DNA from: Caecitellus pseudoparvulus | Lineage: Eukaryota; Protista; Bigyra: Bicosoecida | Length of the DNA: 64,000 nucleotides | NCBI GenBank assembly: GCA_965644315.1 | Contig: CBFFRQ010000069.1 | Coordinates: forward strand, 496,001 to 560,000 | Reading direction: 5' to 3' | In this document: positions 33,201-44,158 of the stretch, piece by piece | Numbering within the stretch: position 1 is the stretch's first letter | Layout: each line of letters opens with the position of its first letter | Notes under the pieces: model-generated | The model's database searches: none | Seen by the model: only the letters and a program-made list of their open reading frames with translations | Told to the model about the DNA's origin: nothing | Translations under genes and position numbers: made by a program

Positions 33201-33522
33201 AACGCGTCCTGCTCAGAGAAGAGAAAAGCACGCACTGTGAGACCAGGTGTCGGCTGAGCCCACAATGCAATATTGCATGTAGGAAGAAGGGGGCGTGGCA
33301 AGGCACTGATTCCCCCGCAGACTGCAGGCACATGCAGTTTCCAGTAGCTCGACGTCGCAGCGACGTCGCGAAACGGCTGACGACAGCGCCGGCACGTACC
33401 AAAGCGCTGCTGACAGCGGCATCACGCCCAGCAGTTTGCATGGCCTCTATCTTGCCTGAGGTTCCTGATGCCACGGCAGATGCGCCGTCAAGGACTGTTT
33501 TCCACCCGCCTTTGCTTGCCAT
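27269..33522 (-). CDS. Anoctamin/TMEM16-family channel or scramblase with a very long N-terminal extension (exons 33522-33400, 33208-27269; about 2,020 aa)
   Basis: FPLH, QPLHLVRGYYGTYLAFYFLFL..YT.WL, LTRFERH, QFVNAY..LF.IAF, DEYLEIVTQFGY..MFAAAFPLA, NNLVELRLDA, GIGVW, EH...IPD.P. GTACGT...GAGCAG phase-0 intron. Confidence 0.92.
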
Positions 33523-33947
33523 GCCTGCGCCGGCAGAGCGTCTGCACGGAGGATGCTGGCTTCGCGCGCCTCTCGAGGTATCTTTCCCGGGGCGTGGCAC
33601 GGCCAATGGCTGACAGAGGCACAGTGATGTTGAGCACACACTCGCAAACTCAGAGTGGGCCTGCCTGAGCGCGCAGTGGTGACTTTGTTTTGTCGTGAGT
33701 AGCGTTGCGTTATTTTGGCTGGACGTGCGCCAGATTCTTCCCTCAGCTTGAGTTGGCTGGCACGCTCAGCGGCTGCACACCCGACACCGACTCAATACCC
33801 TTCCCGTGCCAGCACTCCCCCTTCTGCTTCAGACATCGCCCATCACAGAACACAGGAAGCCCTGCAGCCGAACGACTGCCAGGTGCTTCTTTCGCCCGTG
33901 CATCAACCTCACCACCTCGCCCACCACGCCTATTCCCAACTTCAGCG

Positions 33948-34871
33948 ATGAAGCTGTTTTCGGCTATTCTCGCAGCAGCTCTTGCTTCCATTGCAACTGC
34001 AACGTGGGTTCCACCGTATCTCAGCTGAGCCCAGGCCTTTTGAACGGCAGCACCAGTGCGCTAGAGTGCCTTGGTCCAAGTGCACTGCACTTGGCACACG
34101 CCCCTTGTTTTGCAGTAATGGCGTTGACCTCGCCGGTGTGTTCAGCACTTCCAGCATGAACTGCCTGAAGAGCAACGGGGTTGACTTCGTGCGTCGTGCA
34201 GCAGCCATTAGACCGTTTCCAGGGGCAGCACCTTCCACCCGCTCCACAGGTCATTGTGCGCTCGTGGCACTCATACGGCGGCTTCGACACAGCCGGCCCA
34301 GTGTCCATCCGCAACGCCCACGCTGCTGGCATCCCTTACGTTGACGGGTACCTCTTCCCATGTGCTGGCAAGAGTGCATCCGCACAGGTGCAGGGCACCC
34401 TGAACGGCTTGTCAGAGAACGGCGCACGCATCGGCACTCTGTGGCTGGACATCGAGACGAACCCCTCCAGGGGCTGCGGCTGGTCCGCCGACAAGGCTTC
34501 CAACTGCAACTTCATCAAGGACATGATCAAGGCTGGCCATGCTGCTGGCCGCACCATCGGCGTGTACTCCTCCCCGTACGAGTGGAGCACTGTCGCAGGG
34601 AACTGCAACATCCGTGGCGAGTTCTCCGATGTCCCTCTGTGGTACGCACACTATGACGTGAGTTCAGGGGCAGCTTGCCTGTGCTGCTTGCCACGCGTTG
34701 TGGTGCATGCTGACACTGTCCCGCCTGCCTCTTCGCTCCACCCAGAACTCCAAGAGCTTCAACGACTACTCCCGCTTCGCCTTTGGCGGCTGGTCCAGGC
34801 CTGCCATGAAGCAGTACACTGACTCCCAGAACTACTGCGGGCACAACTTCGATGGTGACTGGTACCCTTGA
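33948..34871 (+). CDS. Secreted GH25 lysozyme of the protist/nematode type (exons 33948-34003, 34116-34188, 34250-34657, 34746-34871)
   Basis: Signal peptide MKLFSAILAAALASIATA, then GVD, VDGYLFPC, LWLDIE, GVYSS..EW, LWYAHYD, FGGWSRPAMKQY. Three GT-AG introns restore the frame. Confidence 0.93.
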
Positions 34872-35231
34872 GCGCTGCCGCCCCTTCACCTGTCGCGCTA
34901 CGGCTCAATGCATCTATGCAATGCCGCTTCTGGCAGTTGCTGCGTCTGCCAGGTATGCCGCTGCCTCCGCCCACTTCCCGACTTGGCCAAATCATTCATG
35001 ATCGCAAAAATGCCCCTCGTGGCACAGGTTCATGTCTTCTAGTTCCCCAGAAACATCTTCCCCCGGCAGCAAGTGGCCCTGTGTTCCACGAAGCAGCCGT
35101 TGCTGTGCTGAGTTTCTGCTTGCCGCAGCAGCTGAGCCTCGGCTGTCAGCGCCCGGCCGTGTCTTCTACGGGCGCCTTCCTACGCTTCATGCGATAAGGG
35201 GGGCAGTGATTGGGCCATCCTTAAGGTCAAC

Positions 35232-37514
35232 ATGACAGGCTTCCACTTGGTTGGGAACGACCGGCTTCACCTTCTGGGACAGGGCGCGTAAGAGCTGCTG
35301 GTGCACGCGGCTTGTCGCGAGCGACAGGCCACGCATGCACAAAGCCTCGTCCTTCCCCCACACGCGCAGATCAACGCGTCTGAAGCTCAAGGGCGCTGCC
35401 ATTCTAGCTGCTTTAGGTGCTGTGTGCATCCTCATCAAGCAGTGGCTGAACATGCTGGAGTACTACGAAATGGCAGAAGACCATGGCGCTTACGATGTAC
35501 AGAGCCCGCGCGGCTCTTTGGGCATCAGCAACCCGGCTGTCTTCAATGGCAGTACAAGTGCATGGGCACATGTGAGTGTCGAATGTGCTGCAGCCGCCTC
35601 GCTTGCCCGCACTCGACCCGCCCGGCACATGTCCAGGATGCGCGATTTGCTGTGTGGACTGGCTCACTCGCCTTCGGCCTGATGCTCTCAGTGGTGTTCT
35701 TCTTCGCTGCCCCGCTGTACTTCATGCTGGGCTTCACCTTTGTGCGGTGGTCTACCGCCCTGGCACTGCTGCTGCTTCTTGTTGTATCTCAAGTGCTCAT
35801 CGTCTTCCTCACAGACGTCCTCGCCGCAGCGGGCGTGCAGTATCCCGGGCAAGGCATCCTTCTGTGGGTGTTTGAGGTGGGAGTTGTGGTGTGCCTGGTG
35901 AACATGTTGAAAGGAGGGGTAAAGGGGGTATTCCTGTCCCCCCATCGCATGCTCTCTGGGATGGGTGCGCTTGGCATGGCAGCCATGTACATCCAAGTGC
36001 GCGTGCTGGCGCCTTGGTTCTTCTCTTCAACCCCCACTTTCAAGATACTCTTTCGCCTGTTCGCGTGGCCCTTGTTCTACGAAGTAGTCATGGCCAGCGT
36101 ACGACTCTGTACTCGTAGTTCGGCATCTGCGAAAGTTCCCCATGATCGAGTGTTCTTCTCCTTCACAGCTGCAACCATGGCATTCAGCCTAGTGGGTCGG
36201 CTCATGACGACAGCCTTGGACTCGTTAGAAGCAACCATTGGCGTCTCTTTTGCCTTGGCGGCAGTGGAGTTGATCATGCGCGCGAGCCTTCCCACCAGGG
36301 ATGCCTGGTATCGAGCAGGGTGGAAACGCATGACGGAGAATTGCCAGGGATCGTGCCGAAGCTGGTGCAATGAGCCTCTGGCGGCAGTCAAGGGCAGTGA
36401 GCACCTTCAGCAGACTCAAGAGCTGCAGAGCCACTTCACATTCTTGACAGTGGACACCATTGGAGAGGATTTGGGGGTGTGGCTGGCCCTGGCCATGGGC
36501 CTGACGTTCCGCTTTCCCCCGTCGGTTGGCGGGCCGCCGCTGTCGACACAGGAGGTGCTCTTGCGAGTGACTGCGCAGTACATCATCGAGCTTCTAGCTG
36601 ACTTCGGCCCCGTGCTCTGCGTCCTGTGCATTGGCTGGTGTTGCCAGGCACGTCTCCCGCCTTGGACGGGAGCCTCTTGCGCAGGTGATGACCACAGCAA
36701 GGCAACGGCCCCTGCCGCACCAGACGTCGGGGGGACGCAGGACCAGCCACCCCATGCGGAGGTTGATCAGAACCCTTTGGCTCCGGCCATGATGCCCACC
36801 CGCAGCACCAGTGCTGGCACGAGCATGGCGTCTCCCACTGCAACGTCCGGCGGGCATGCCATGGCCGCGCTCAAGCTGCCCTCTCAGCCCAGCCTCACAC
36901 CCGCCATGCCAGTCCTCCTGGACGATGCAGAGTCCCCAGCCACGGCCATGGTGCTGCAGCAAGCGGGGAAGGGGGGTGTTGTGCCCCCTCTGCCCTTGCG
37001 CATGCCCTTGCCGTGCCGCTGCTTCGGGCGGACGCTGTGTTGGATTCCTGCGGGAGTCTGTGGCTGCGTGTTACAGGCAGAAGAGGCAGATGTGGTGGCG
37101 TCGCGGGCCGCCATGGAATCAACCCTTGCCAAGGACTTGTCTGCCATCGCCAGGGACCCGGTGTGGCAGCCTGTGTCCAGCGCGCAGGTCCTGGCACAGT
37201 CCTTGGCGGAAGAGGGAACGGAGGTGTTTGGCGTGGCTGTGGGGGGTGAGAGCGGGCAGCAGCCCACTCGCCTGGGCCGACTAGTCCTCCACACGCTCGT
37301 TAGCGTCGAAATGGTGGCAGTGCGGCTCGACCGGGCCTGGACCTCGCGCTTCAAGTGGTTCGAGGTGGTGCTCGTCTCATCCAGCATCGCCATGGCAACA
37401 CTGGTCCTGCGACTCATGGCAGGGCCCCGCACTCGTTGCCTGATGTTGGATGATGCAGGGGAGAGATACTTTGACGCATGCCCCCTTATCCCTGAAGTGT
37501 CGGAGTCCACGTAG
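35232..37514 (+). CDS. Uncharacterised multipass membrane protein (exons 35232-35287, 35370-35571, 35637-37514; about 711 aa)
   Basis: Ten or more hydrophobic segments; two GT-AG introns keep the frame; no family recognised. Confidence 0.7.
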
Positions 37515-37649
37515 AAATAGTGGCGAATGCAGATATTCACGGGAAGGCTCCTGCTTTGCCACAGCACATGAGGAAGGCAGGTGCAAATCACACAGCCACT
37601 ACACAGGCCCACAGCCCTGTTTTATATGTCTTAATACTCTTCGGAAAGC

Positions 37650-40107
37650 ATGGCTTCCCTTCGCCAGAAGTACCTGGTGCGCCGGGCCTGCAAGCGAGCA
37701 CAGCGTCGAGCAATCAATTTCCGCAACGCTTCCTCTCTGCGCACGCCCCTCACAGGCCGCCAAGCGGGCTGAAATCTCAAGCTTGTTGTCTTCAGGTGCA
37801 GAAAAAGAGGATCGCGACGCTCGTCATGCGTCCCCTCCAAGACCCGCGTGGCAGGCCGCATCTGGCACAGCAGTGGTAACGGCAGCTCGCAGACCAGCAG
37901 CGTCACACTCCGGCTCAGCGTCCGAGCAAAGCGATGGGAAAAGCTCAACCACGAACACCCCACAGCAGCAAAAGCCAGTTCTGGAAGAATCTTCCCTCTC
38001 TGCGCTGCAGGTCGAGGCAGAGGTGGCAGATGCCTCCATTGCTTCGCTTGGCAGCCTGGACCTGTCCGAGTCCCACACACAGGTGGGGAGTCCCCCGCGG
38101 GCAGCGACGCCGCCCCGCCAGCGCAGCATCTCCCCCATCACCTCGCCGAGCACCACCCGCAGTCATGGCCGCGGCAGCATTGGCTTCACCCGCCACGGAA
38201 GCATGCCCTTGCCGCCGGGCAGCAGTCCTCCCTCGGCTGCCTCCACCGCCACCACACTCACCTCCTCCGCCCGCTTCGACAGCATCCTTGCACTGCTGGA
38301 CAGCAAGCCGCCTTTGAGTCAGTCCAGGGGGGGTGCAACCGTTGAGGCCAGCGCTACAGCACAGCCCCCTCCCCCCGCGCCAAGCGAGTCGACGGCAGAC
38401 TCTGCCAGTACTCACAGCAACCCAGCCACTGCGCCAGCCAGGCCGCCAGCTGGTGGTGGGGCGGTAAGCAGTGTGCGAGGCGTCGTAGCCGGACTGAAAG
38501 CAACGATTGTCGAACGAGACGAAGAAATTGCACGCCTTCAAGCGGCCATGCGTCGGCAAGAAGCGGAGATGAGGCGACAAGCCGACGCCGCTGCAACCAG
38601 CGCCTCAGAGGCGGTGCAGAAGACGAAGCAAGCAGCCGAGGCTGCTGCTTCTCGTCACTTGACATTCATAGACAAGCTGCTGGGTGACAAGAAGGCTTTG
38701 GCGCGCAAGTGTGATGAGCTGGGCAGTGCCTTGGAGGAAGAGCGGGCGGCGGCGGGAGAACGCATGCGCAAGGTGGCGGCGGAGGCTGCCAGGGAGCTGG
38801 AGCAGGCGAGAAGCAGCTGGGCAGCTGCGGAGAAGGTGCGTGTGAAGCGTGCCGTGGAGAACAAGGCAGAGGCTGTGCGCGCGGCCACCCTGCGCGCCGT
38901 GGAGCCCGACATCCAGCGCCTGATGGAGAAGCACCGGGACGACGTGGCCAAGTTGAAGGAGGTATTTGCCAAGCAACTGCATGAAGCGGAGAGCCGCATC
39001 GCAGAGTCCAAGCATGCCGAGCTCATGTCTGTGCAGGGGGGCGTGGATGCGGCAGTGACTGCCGCGCTCGGCCAGGAGCGCGCAGCAGCAGCAGACCGCG
39101 AGCGGGCTTTGGTGGCGCGCTACGAAGGAGACCTGGCAGACCTGCGGCGCAAGGCTGGGGAGGAGCTGCACGCTGAGCAGCGCCGAGGACTGGACGCGGT
39201 GCGGCAGGAGGTGGCCAAGGCTGCCGCCGACGCCGCCCAGCTGCGCAGCCGGTACGAGGCACAGTTGGAGGAGCTGAGGGCGGCACACGCCCGAGCACGA
39301 GCAGGGCTGGAGGCCTCCTCTGATGAGGCCTTGCAGCGTGCCAGGCGGGAGCTGGAGGAGGAGCGGCGGACTCTGCGTGCCTCGGTGCAGCGCGAGGTGC
39401 AGGGCCAGTGGGCGGGCAAGGAGGCGAGCATTCGCAGCAAACTGCAGGAGGAAGCAGACACAGCTCTGCGGGCCGCCGTGCAGCGCCTCGATGGCCAGAT
39501 GCAAGAGCAGGTGCGGCAGGCAAAGGCGGCGCTGGCTGCCAAGGCGGATGCTGCCGCTGCCGACGCTCGTTCAGACGTGGCCCGAGTGAATGCGGAGCTA
39601 GAGCGCGTGCGGGGGCAGCTGCAAAACGCCCAAGAGGCGGCAGATGCGACGTCCTCACACTCAGCTAAGCGCCTGCACGCAGCAGAGGCAGAAGTGTCCC
39701 GGCTGACCGGCCAGGTGGAGACGTTGCAAGAGCGGGTGGGCGAGCTGCAGCGCCAGCTGGCAGCAGCGGAGGACGCGACGGTGGATGCCCGCCGCCGGGC
39801 TGCTGCAGCTGAAGAGCACTTCCGCACGGAGCTCGCCGAGGCGCGCAGAGCAGCGGAGCAGGCGCTGCAAGGCATGGAAGCTGCCAAGGCTCGGGGGGAG
39901 GCTGAGGCAGCGGCTTTGAAAGAGGCCCACGCCAGGGCAGCAGCCAATGTCGAGGAGCGGGTCAAGGCAGCCTTGGCTTCCAGAGATGCTGCGCTGGAGG
40001 CGTGTCAGGGCGAGCTGCGCAAGAGTCGGGCTGAGCTGGCGGCGCTGCAAGAGGAAGTCGCTGCGGAGCGAGCAGAGCTGTTGTCCATGGCCGGCCAGGG
40101 CAGCTGA
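37650..40107 (+). CDS. CEP131: Centrosomal/centriolar satellite protein CEP131 (AZI1)-like (exons 37650-37676, 37756-40107)
   Basis: Signature segments SRHLTFIDKLLGDKKALARKCDEL, WAAAEKVR...TLRAVEPDIQRLMEKH and C-terminal VEERVKAALASRD within a long coiled coil. Confidence 0.85.
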
Positions 40108-40321
40108 CAGCGCCCAGGCAGTGTGCAATGCAGCGCAAATCACAGACAACCCGCCGTGGTTCCACAGCCACCATCATGAAGTGGCCGAGCTCTGTCTCCT
40201 GCCGTGAGTCTTCTTGACGGTCCACTGCTCTAGTGCCTCGGCACACGCCAGGGACAGACTTCATCCCCTCGTGTGGAGACTCCGAAGGGGACAGAAAGTT
40301 CACCTTCTCATCTTGGCCAGC

Positions 40322-41842
40322 ATGCACACCCTCCGTTCGGCAGCTTCCTGTGCCGTGGCTGCAGCGGGGAGAGGCGGGAGGAGAAATGCAGCAGTGTGGC
40401 GCATTGCAGAGCGGGTGCTTCGGAGCGTGGCCCTGGTGCACCCGAGCCACGGAGCTGTCGCCCCAGTTGCACAGAGCAGGCGTTACCGTTTCGACTACTC
40501 GGACCTGCCCTGGCATTCGAGCTCTTTGTCTTCCAGCGGCGGGGGGGCGCCTGCACGTGCCGGGTCGTTTCACGCACGTTTCACTGGGTATGGCCCGGAA
40601 CCTGCTTTCTCGCCACCCCACTCCAGTCGGGGCTTTTCGACAAAACAGCAGGGAGGACGGTACGCTAGCAAGCATGTCCGCGAGAATGCGCAAGACGCTG
40701 CCAAAGCCAGTGGGCAGGCAGCAGTTGAAGGCGATGGTGCTGGCATGCAGCCGAGCATGGCGTCATACGCAATGGCTCAGGTGGACAGCAGCACTGCCCA
40801 TGGAGCCAAAGGGTGGCACGCCAGGTCCCTGAACTCCATTCCAGGCCTGGGGGAGATTCAGAACGTCCGATCTCTGCGGGACTTGATGGAGGTGTACCCG
40901 CCCCTTGAGGGGTACCTCATGGCTCAGCTGCACATGCGAGACCAGCAGCAATTTCGGCGCGGGCTGGCAGCTGTGGTGGCCGGCATCGTCGTGCTGCTCA
41001 TCGCTTTTGGTCAAGAGATATCTGAGAAGCTCACGCGGGACACAGGCCAAGTTGCCGCCGACATCGTCGCGCACGAGGAGCTGCAGTTGTCGCTGTCAGA
41101 ACTCGTGACGGCCGTGTCCACCTCCCTGCTCACAGACCGCAAGGTGCAGGACGGTGTGGCCATGTTCGGTGCAAATCTGCTGGCAGACCCGTACATTCGA
41201 GAGTCTGCCGCGTCGCTGTTCGTGTGGGCCCTGCAGAGCAAGTCCGTCCGAGAGTCGGTGCAGTGGCTGCTCCGGCACCCTGAGACCATCGACGCGACGA
41301 ATGCCTTGTTCGTGGACGTGCTGAAAGACCCAGGGACCCAAGCTGCCGTGCGGGACCTGACGTACTGGGTGCTGAAGCAGCCTGAAGTGTACAAGTCTGT
41401 CCAGGACATGTTCGTCACCCTCTTCACCACCCAGCCACTGCTGGATGAGGGCGCCAAGTACCTCATGTACGGAGCCCACGCCACCATGGACGACCCCGAG
41501 GTGATCGACCACTGCGCCCGGTTGACGCAGCAGGTGCTGGAAGACCCCCGGGTGCAGAAGCAGGGCGGGGACACCTTCTGGGCGGCCTTGCAGTGGAGCC
41601 TCAGCCCCACCGCCATGTTCGGGGACGCAGACGCCAGTGCCAAGGCGCTGGCAGACCAGCGCCTGAAGGACATGCAGCGCCAGGCAGCAGTGCGTGCCGA
41701 GCTGGCGGCCCTGAAGGCGGCCCAGGCTGAACGGGAAGCCAAGGAAGCCGAGGCCAAGGCGGCTGCGGAAGCTGCCGCACAGCGAGAGGCGGCGAAGCTG
41801 CCGCCTGTGCCGGGTTTGACGCCGGACATGCGGCCGGCATGA
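40322..41842 (+). CDS. Probable mitochondrial single-pass membrane protein with amphipathic helical repeats
   Basis: Arg/Ala/Ser-rich N-terminus, one TM (GLAAVVAGIVVLLIAFG), then repeated L-x-D/H/Q-P helices and a C-terminal coiled coil. Confidence 0.7.
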   Translation: MHTLRSAASCAVAAAGRGGRRNAAVWRIAERVLRSVALVHPSHGAVAPVAQSRRYRFDYSDLPWHSSSLSSSGGGAPARAGSFHARFTGYGPEPAFSPPHSSRGFSTKQQGGRYASKHVRENAQDAAKASGQAAVEGDGAGMQPSMASYAMAQVDSSTAHGAKGWHARSLNSIPGLGEIQNVRSLRDLMEVYPPLEGYLMAQLHMRDQQQFRRGLAAVVAGIVVLLIAFGQEISEKLTRDTGQVAADIVAHEELQLSLSELVTAVSTSLLTDRKVQDGVAMFGANLLADPYIRESAASLFVWALQSKSVRESVQWLLRHPETIDATNALFVDVLKDPGTQAAVRDLTYWVLKQPEVYKSVQDMFVTLFTTQPLLDEGAKYLMYGAHATMDDPEVIDHCARLTQQVLEDPRVQKQGGDTFWAALQWSLSPTAMFGDADASAKALADQRLKDMQRQAAVRAELAALKAAQAEREAKEAEAKAAAEAAAQREAAKLPPVPGLTPDMRPA

Positions 41843-41882
41843 GAGGGACACTTCACGAGAATGCATTGAGAAAGACAGACAC

Positions 41883-43816
41883 TCAAAGCAGGGGCGTCGG
41901 CTGGTTCGCGACTTGGAAGTGGTTGTCCCAGTAGGCACACTCCGTGCTGAACAAGTCCGCCTGCAACTGCAGCGGCGTCTGCAGCTTCATGTTGTACCGG
42001 TCCCCGCTCCAGTCAAAGGCAGGCCAGTTCGCGAGGGTGGTGTTGCCGAAACCAGGCGCCACAGCGGCGTTGGGGCTACCACCCACTGCCATGCCCCCCC
42101 AGTACGCGCCCATGGCCTGGGACACCGCCTGGGAGCCCGCAGCGACGTCCTTGGTACCGAAGAGCAGCCCAACCTCCAGGGAGTGGTAGTCTCCCAGGAG
42201 CTTGTACATGGTGGAGGACTCCACCTTGGCGGTGAACTGGTACAGGTACGCCGGCACGCCGGCAGCGGTCACGGCACGCGCTGTGCGACGGGCGCCACAC
42301 GCGAAGAAGTACTGTGTGATGAGGCGCCCCACGGTCTCAAAGTTGTCCGTGGATGCGGCGTCCGTGAGGGGGTACAGGCCGCCCTCTGCCGTGGCTTCCT
42401 GGATGATGCTGTCCACAGCGGCGACGTGGGCAGGCGTGGCTCCGCTGTGGGGGCCCGCGCTCAGCAGCGCCCGCATGCCACCGCGCACTTGCGATGCCGA
42501 CATGGGCAGGGCCAGCCCAGCACGCAGCGCCTGCTTCTGCGCCAGGAGCGTGGCCTTGTCGGTTGTGGGCGCCACGACTGGCAGCAAGAAGGCAAAGATG
42601 GCGCCGTCCTGGGCGTTGGAGCCGAGGAGGAAGGGCACTCGGTTGAACTTGCCCGCCTTCATGGACTCCAGCGGCGTCGCCAGGAGGCCCGTGGCTGCGC
42701 CGTCAATCATCGCCCCCCATGGCATGACAGGGTACAAGTCTGGCTTGAAGTGCGTGGGGTCCACGGGGCCCCCTGCGTTCTCCCAAGGCACGTTTTGCAG
42801 CTGCGCGGCTGTCAAGGCACGCAAGCACTTCAGCTGCTCTGCGCCGCTGCCGGGGCAGCCCGCTGCGACTGAGTAGTTGCCTGCCCACGCGTAGGCACGC
42901 TGGGGGGTGCGGAAGAAGGTGGGGCTGTCACAGGATCCGCTCTGCATGGCAGCCGCATGGAAGAGGCCTGCCGAGGCGGGCGACACCATGTGCCAGCAAA
43001 TGCTGAAGCCGCCGGCGGATTCGCCGAAAATGCCCACCCTGCTGGCGTTCCCCCCGAAGGCAGCGATGTTGGCTTGCGTCCACTTCAGGGCGGCAGTCTG
43101 GTCTTGCAGGGCATAGTTGCCCGTGCTGCCATCTGCGTTCTCCTGGGCCAAGGCGGGCAGGGCCATGAAGCCGAAGGGGCCCAGGCGGTAGTTGCCTGCC
43201 ACAACGACGGCGTTGTTCAGCATCGCCAGGTGGTGGCCGCTGTACTTGCCGTCGTCCCAGGAGTCCCCGAAGATCCACCCGCCACCATAGATCCACTGCA
43301 TGACTGGCAGGCCGGCGCCAGACAGGTCCAGGCTCCCGTCGCTGCGCAGGGCTGACTGCGGCAACGCCTTGATAGGCACGTACACGTTTAGGAAGAGACA
43401 GTCCTCAGTGCCGACGATGGCATTCTTGTCCAGGATGGACCAAGCAGACCCCGATGAACACTTAGGGGGGGGCGTCGTCACGTTTAGCACGGTCGTCCAC
43501 GGCAGAGGGGCCTGGGGCGACTTGAACCTCAGCTCGCCGACAGGCGGAGCAGCTGCGCAGGGCAACGCAAGGCAGGTGGCGCAGGCGCAGAGACACGCCA
43601 CATGAGTTTTGGGGACGCACCGAAGGGAATCCCCAGAAAGTAGTACACGGTTCCGTTCAAGTACCCTCTGACGGGCCCGTAAGACGTGTGAATCACTGGA
43701 CTGGCAGGCCAGTCAAACTGGTGCACTGCACTTGGCTGAGCAGCACCACGGAGCGCTGCTCGAGAGGCAGAAAGGGCCCCTGCCAGCGCAAACAACGCGA
43801 GGGGAAATGATTTCAT
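41883..43816 (-). CDS. Secreted type-B carboxylesterase/lipase (exons 43816-43621, 43552-41883)
   Basis: Signal peptide; FLGIPFAAPPVGELRF formed across the intron; EDCLFLNVY, WIYGGG, NYRLGPFGF, GESAGG nucleophile, GDYHSLEV His. Confidence 0.95.
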
Positions 43817-44158
43817 ATTGGAGTTTATTGAAGGTGATCAGAGTGCGACCAGGGCAAGCCTGGCTCGTCTACTGGCCTCGGCGCAGGTTCCGAGGCACCC
43901 GCACAGGGTAACTCTTGCCTTGGCGCGGCCTTCGCTCGCGGCAGCCGGCTCCCGTGCAGAGCAGAGAGGCGAGCCGCGGACGACAATCGAAGAGAGGATG
44001 AAGTGGTGAGTGGTGACTTTGTGGGGCGGTGATGATTTGATAGATTCCAAACGGGCAAGGCCTGCAACGCGCAGTGTGTGGTAGCCGCACCGCGAGGGGG
44101 GGTGAGAGAACCACTCCCGTCGCCACGCCAGGGCTCTCCAGCCACGCCTTGGCCAGCC

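Noticed and set aside
31794-33257. 487-aa plus-strand ORF
   Set aside because: Lies entirely antisense to the anoctamin gene in the shared-wobble frame; no protein-like motifs.
35032-35682. Two same-frame ORFs separated by a single TGA (35233-35235) followed by CAG, suggesting readthrough or selenocysteine
   Set aside because: An ATG at 35232 with canonical introns 35288-35369 and 35572-35636 explains the gene without recoding.
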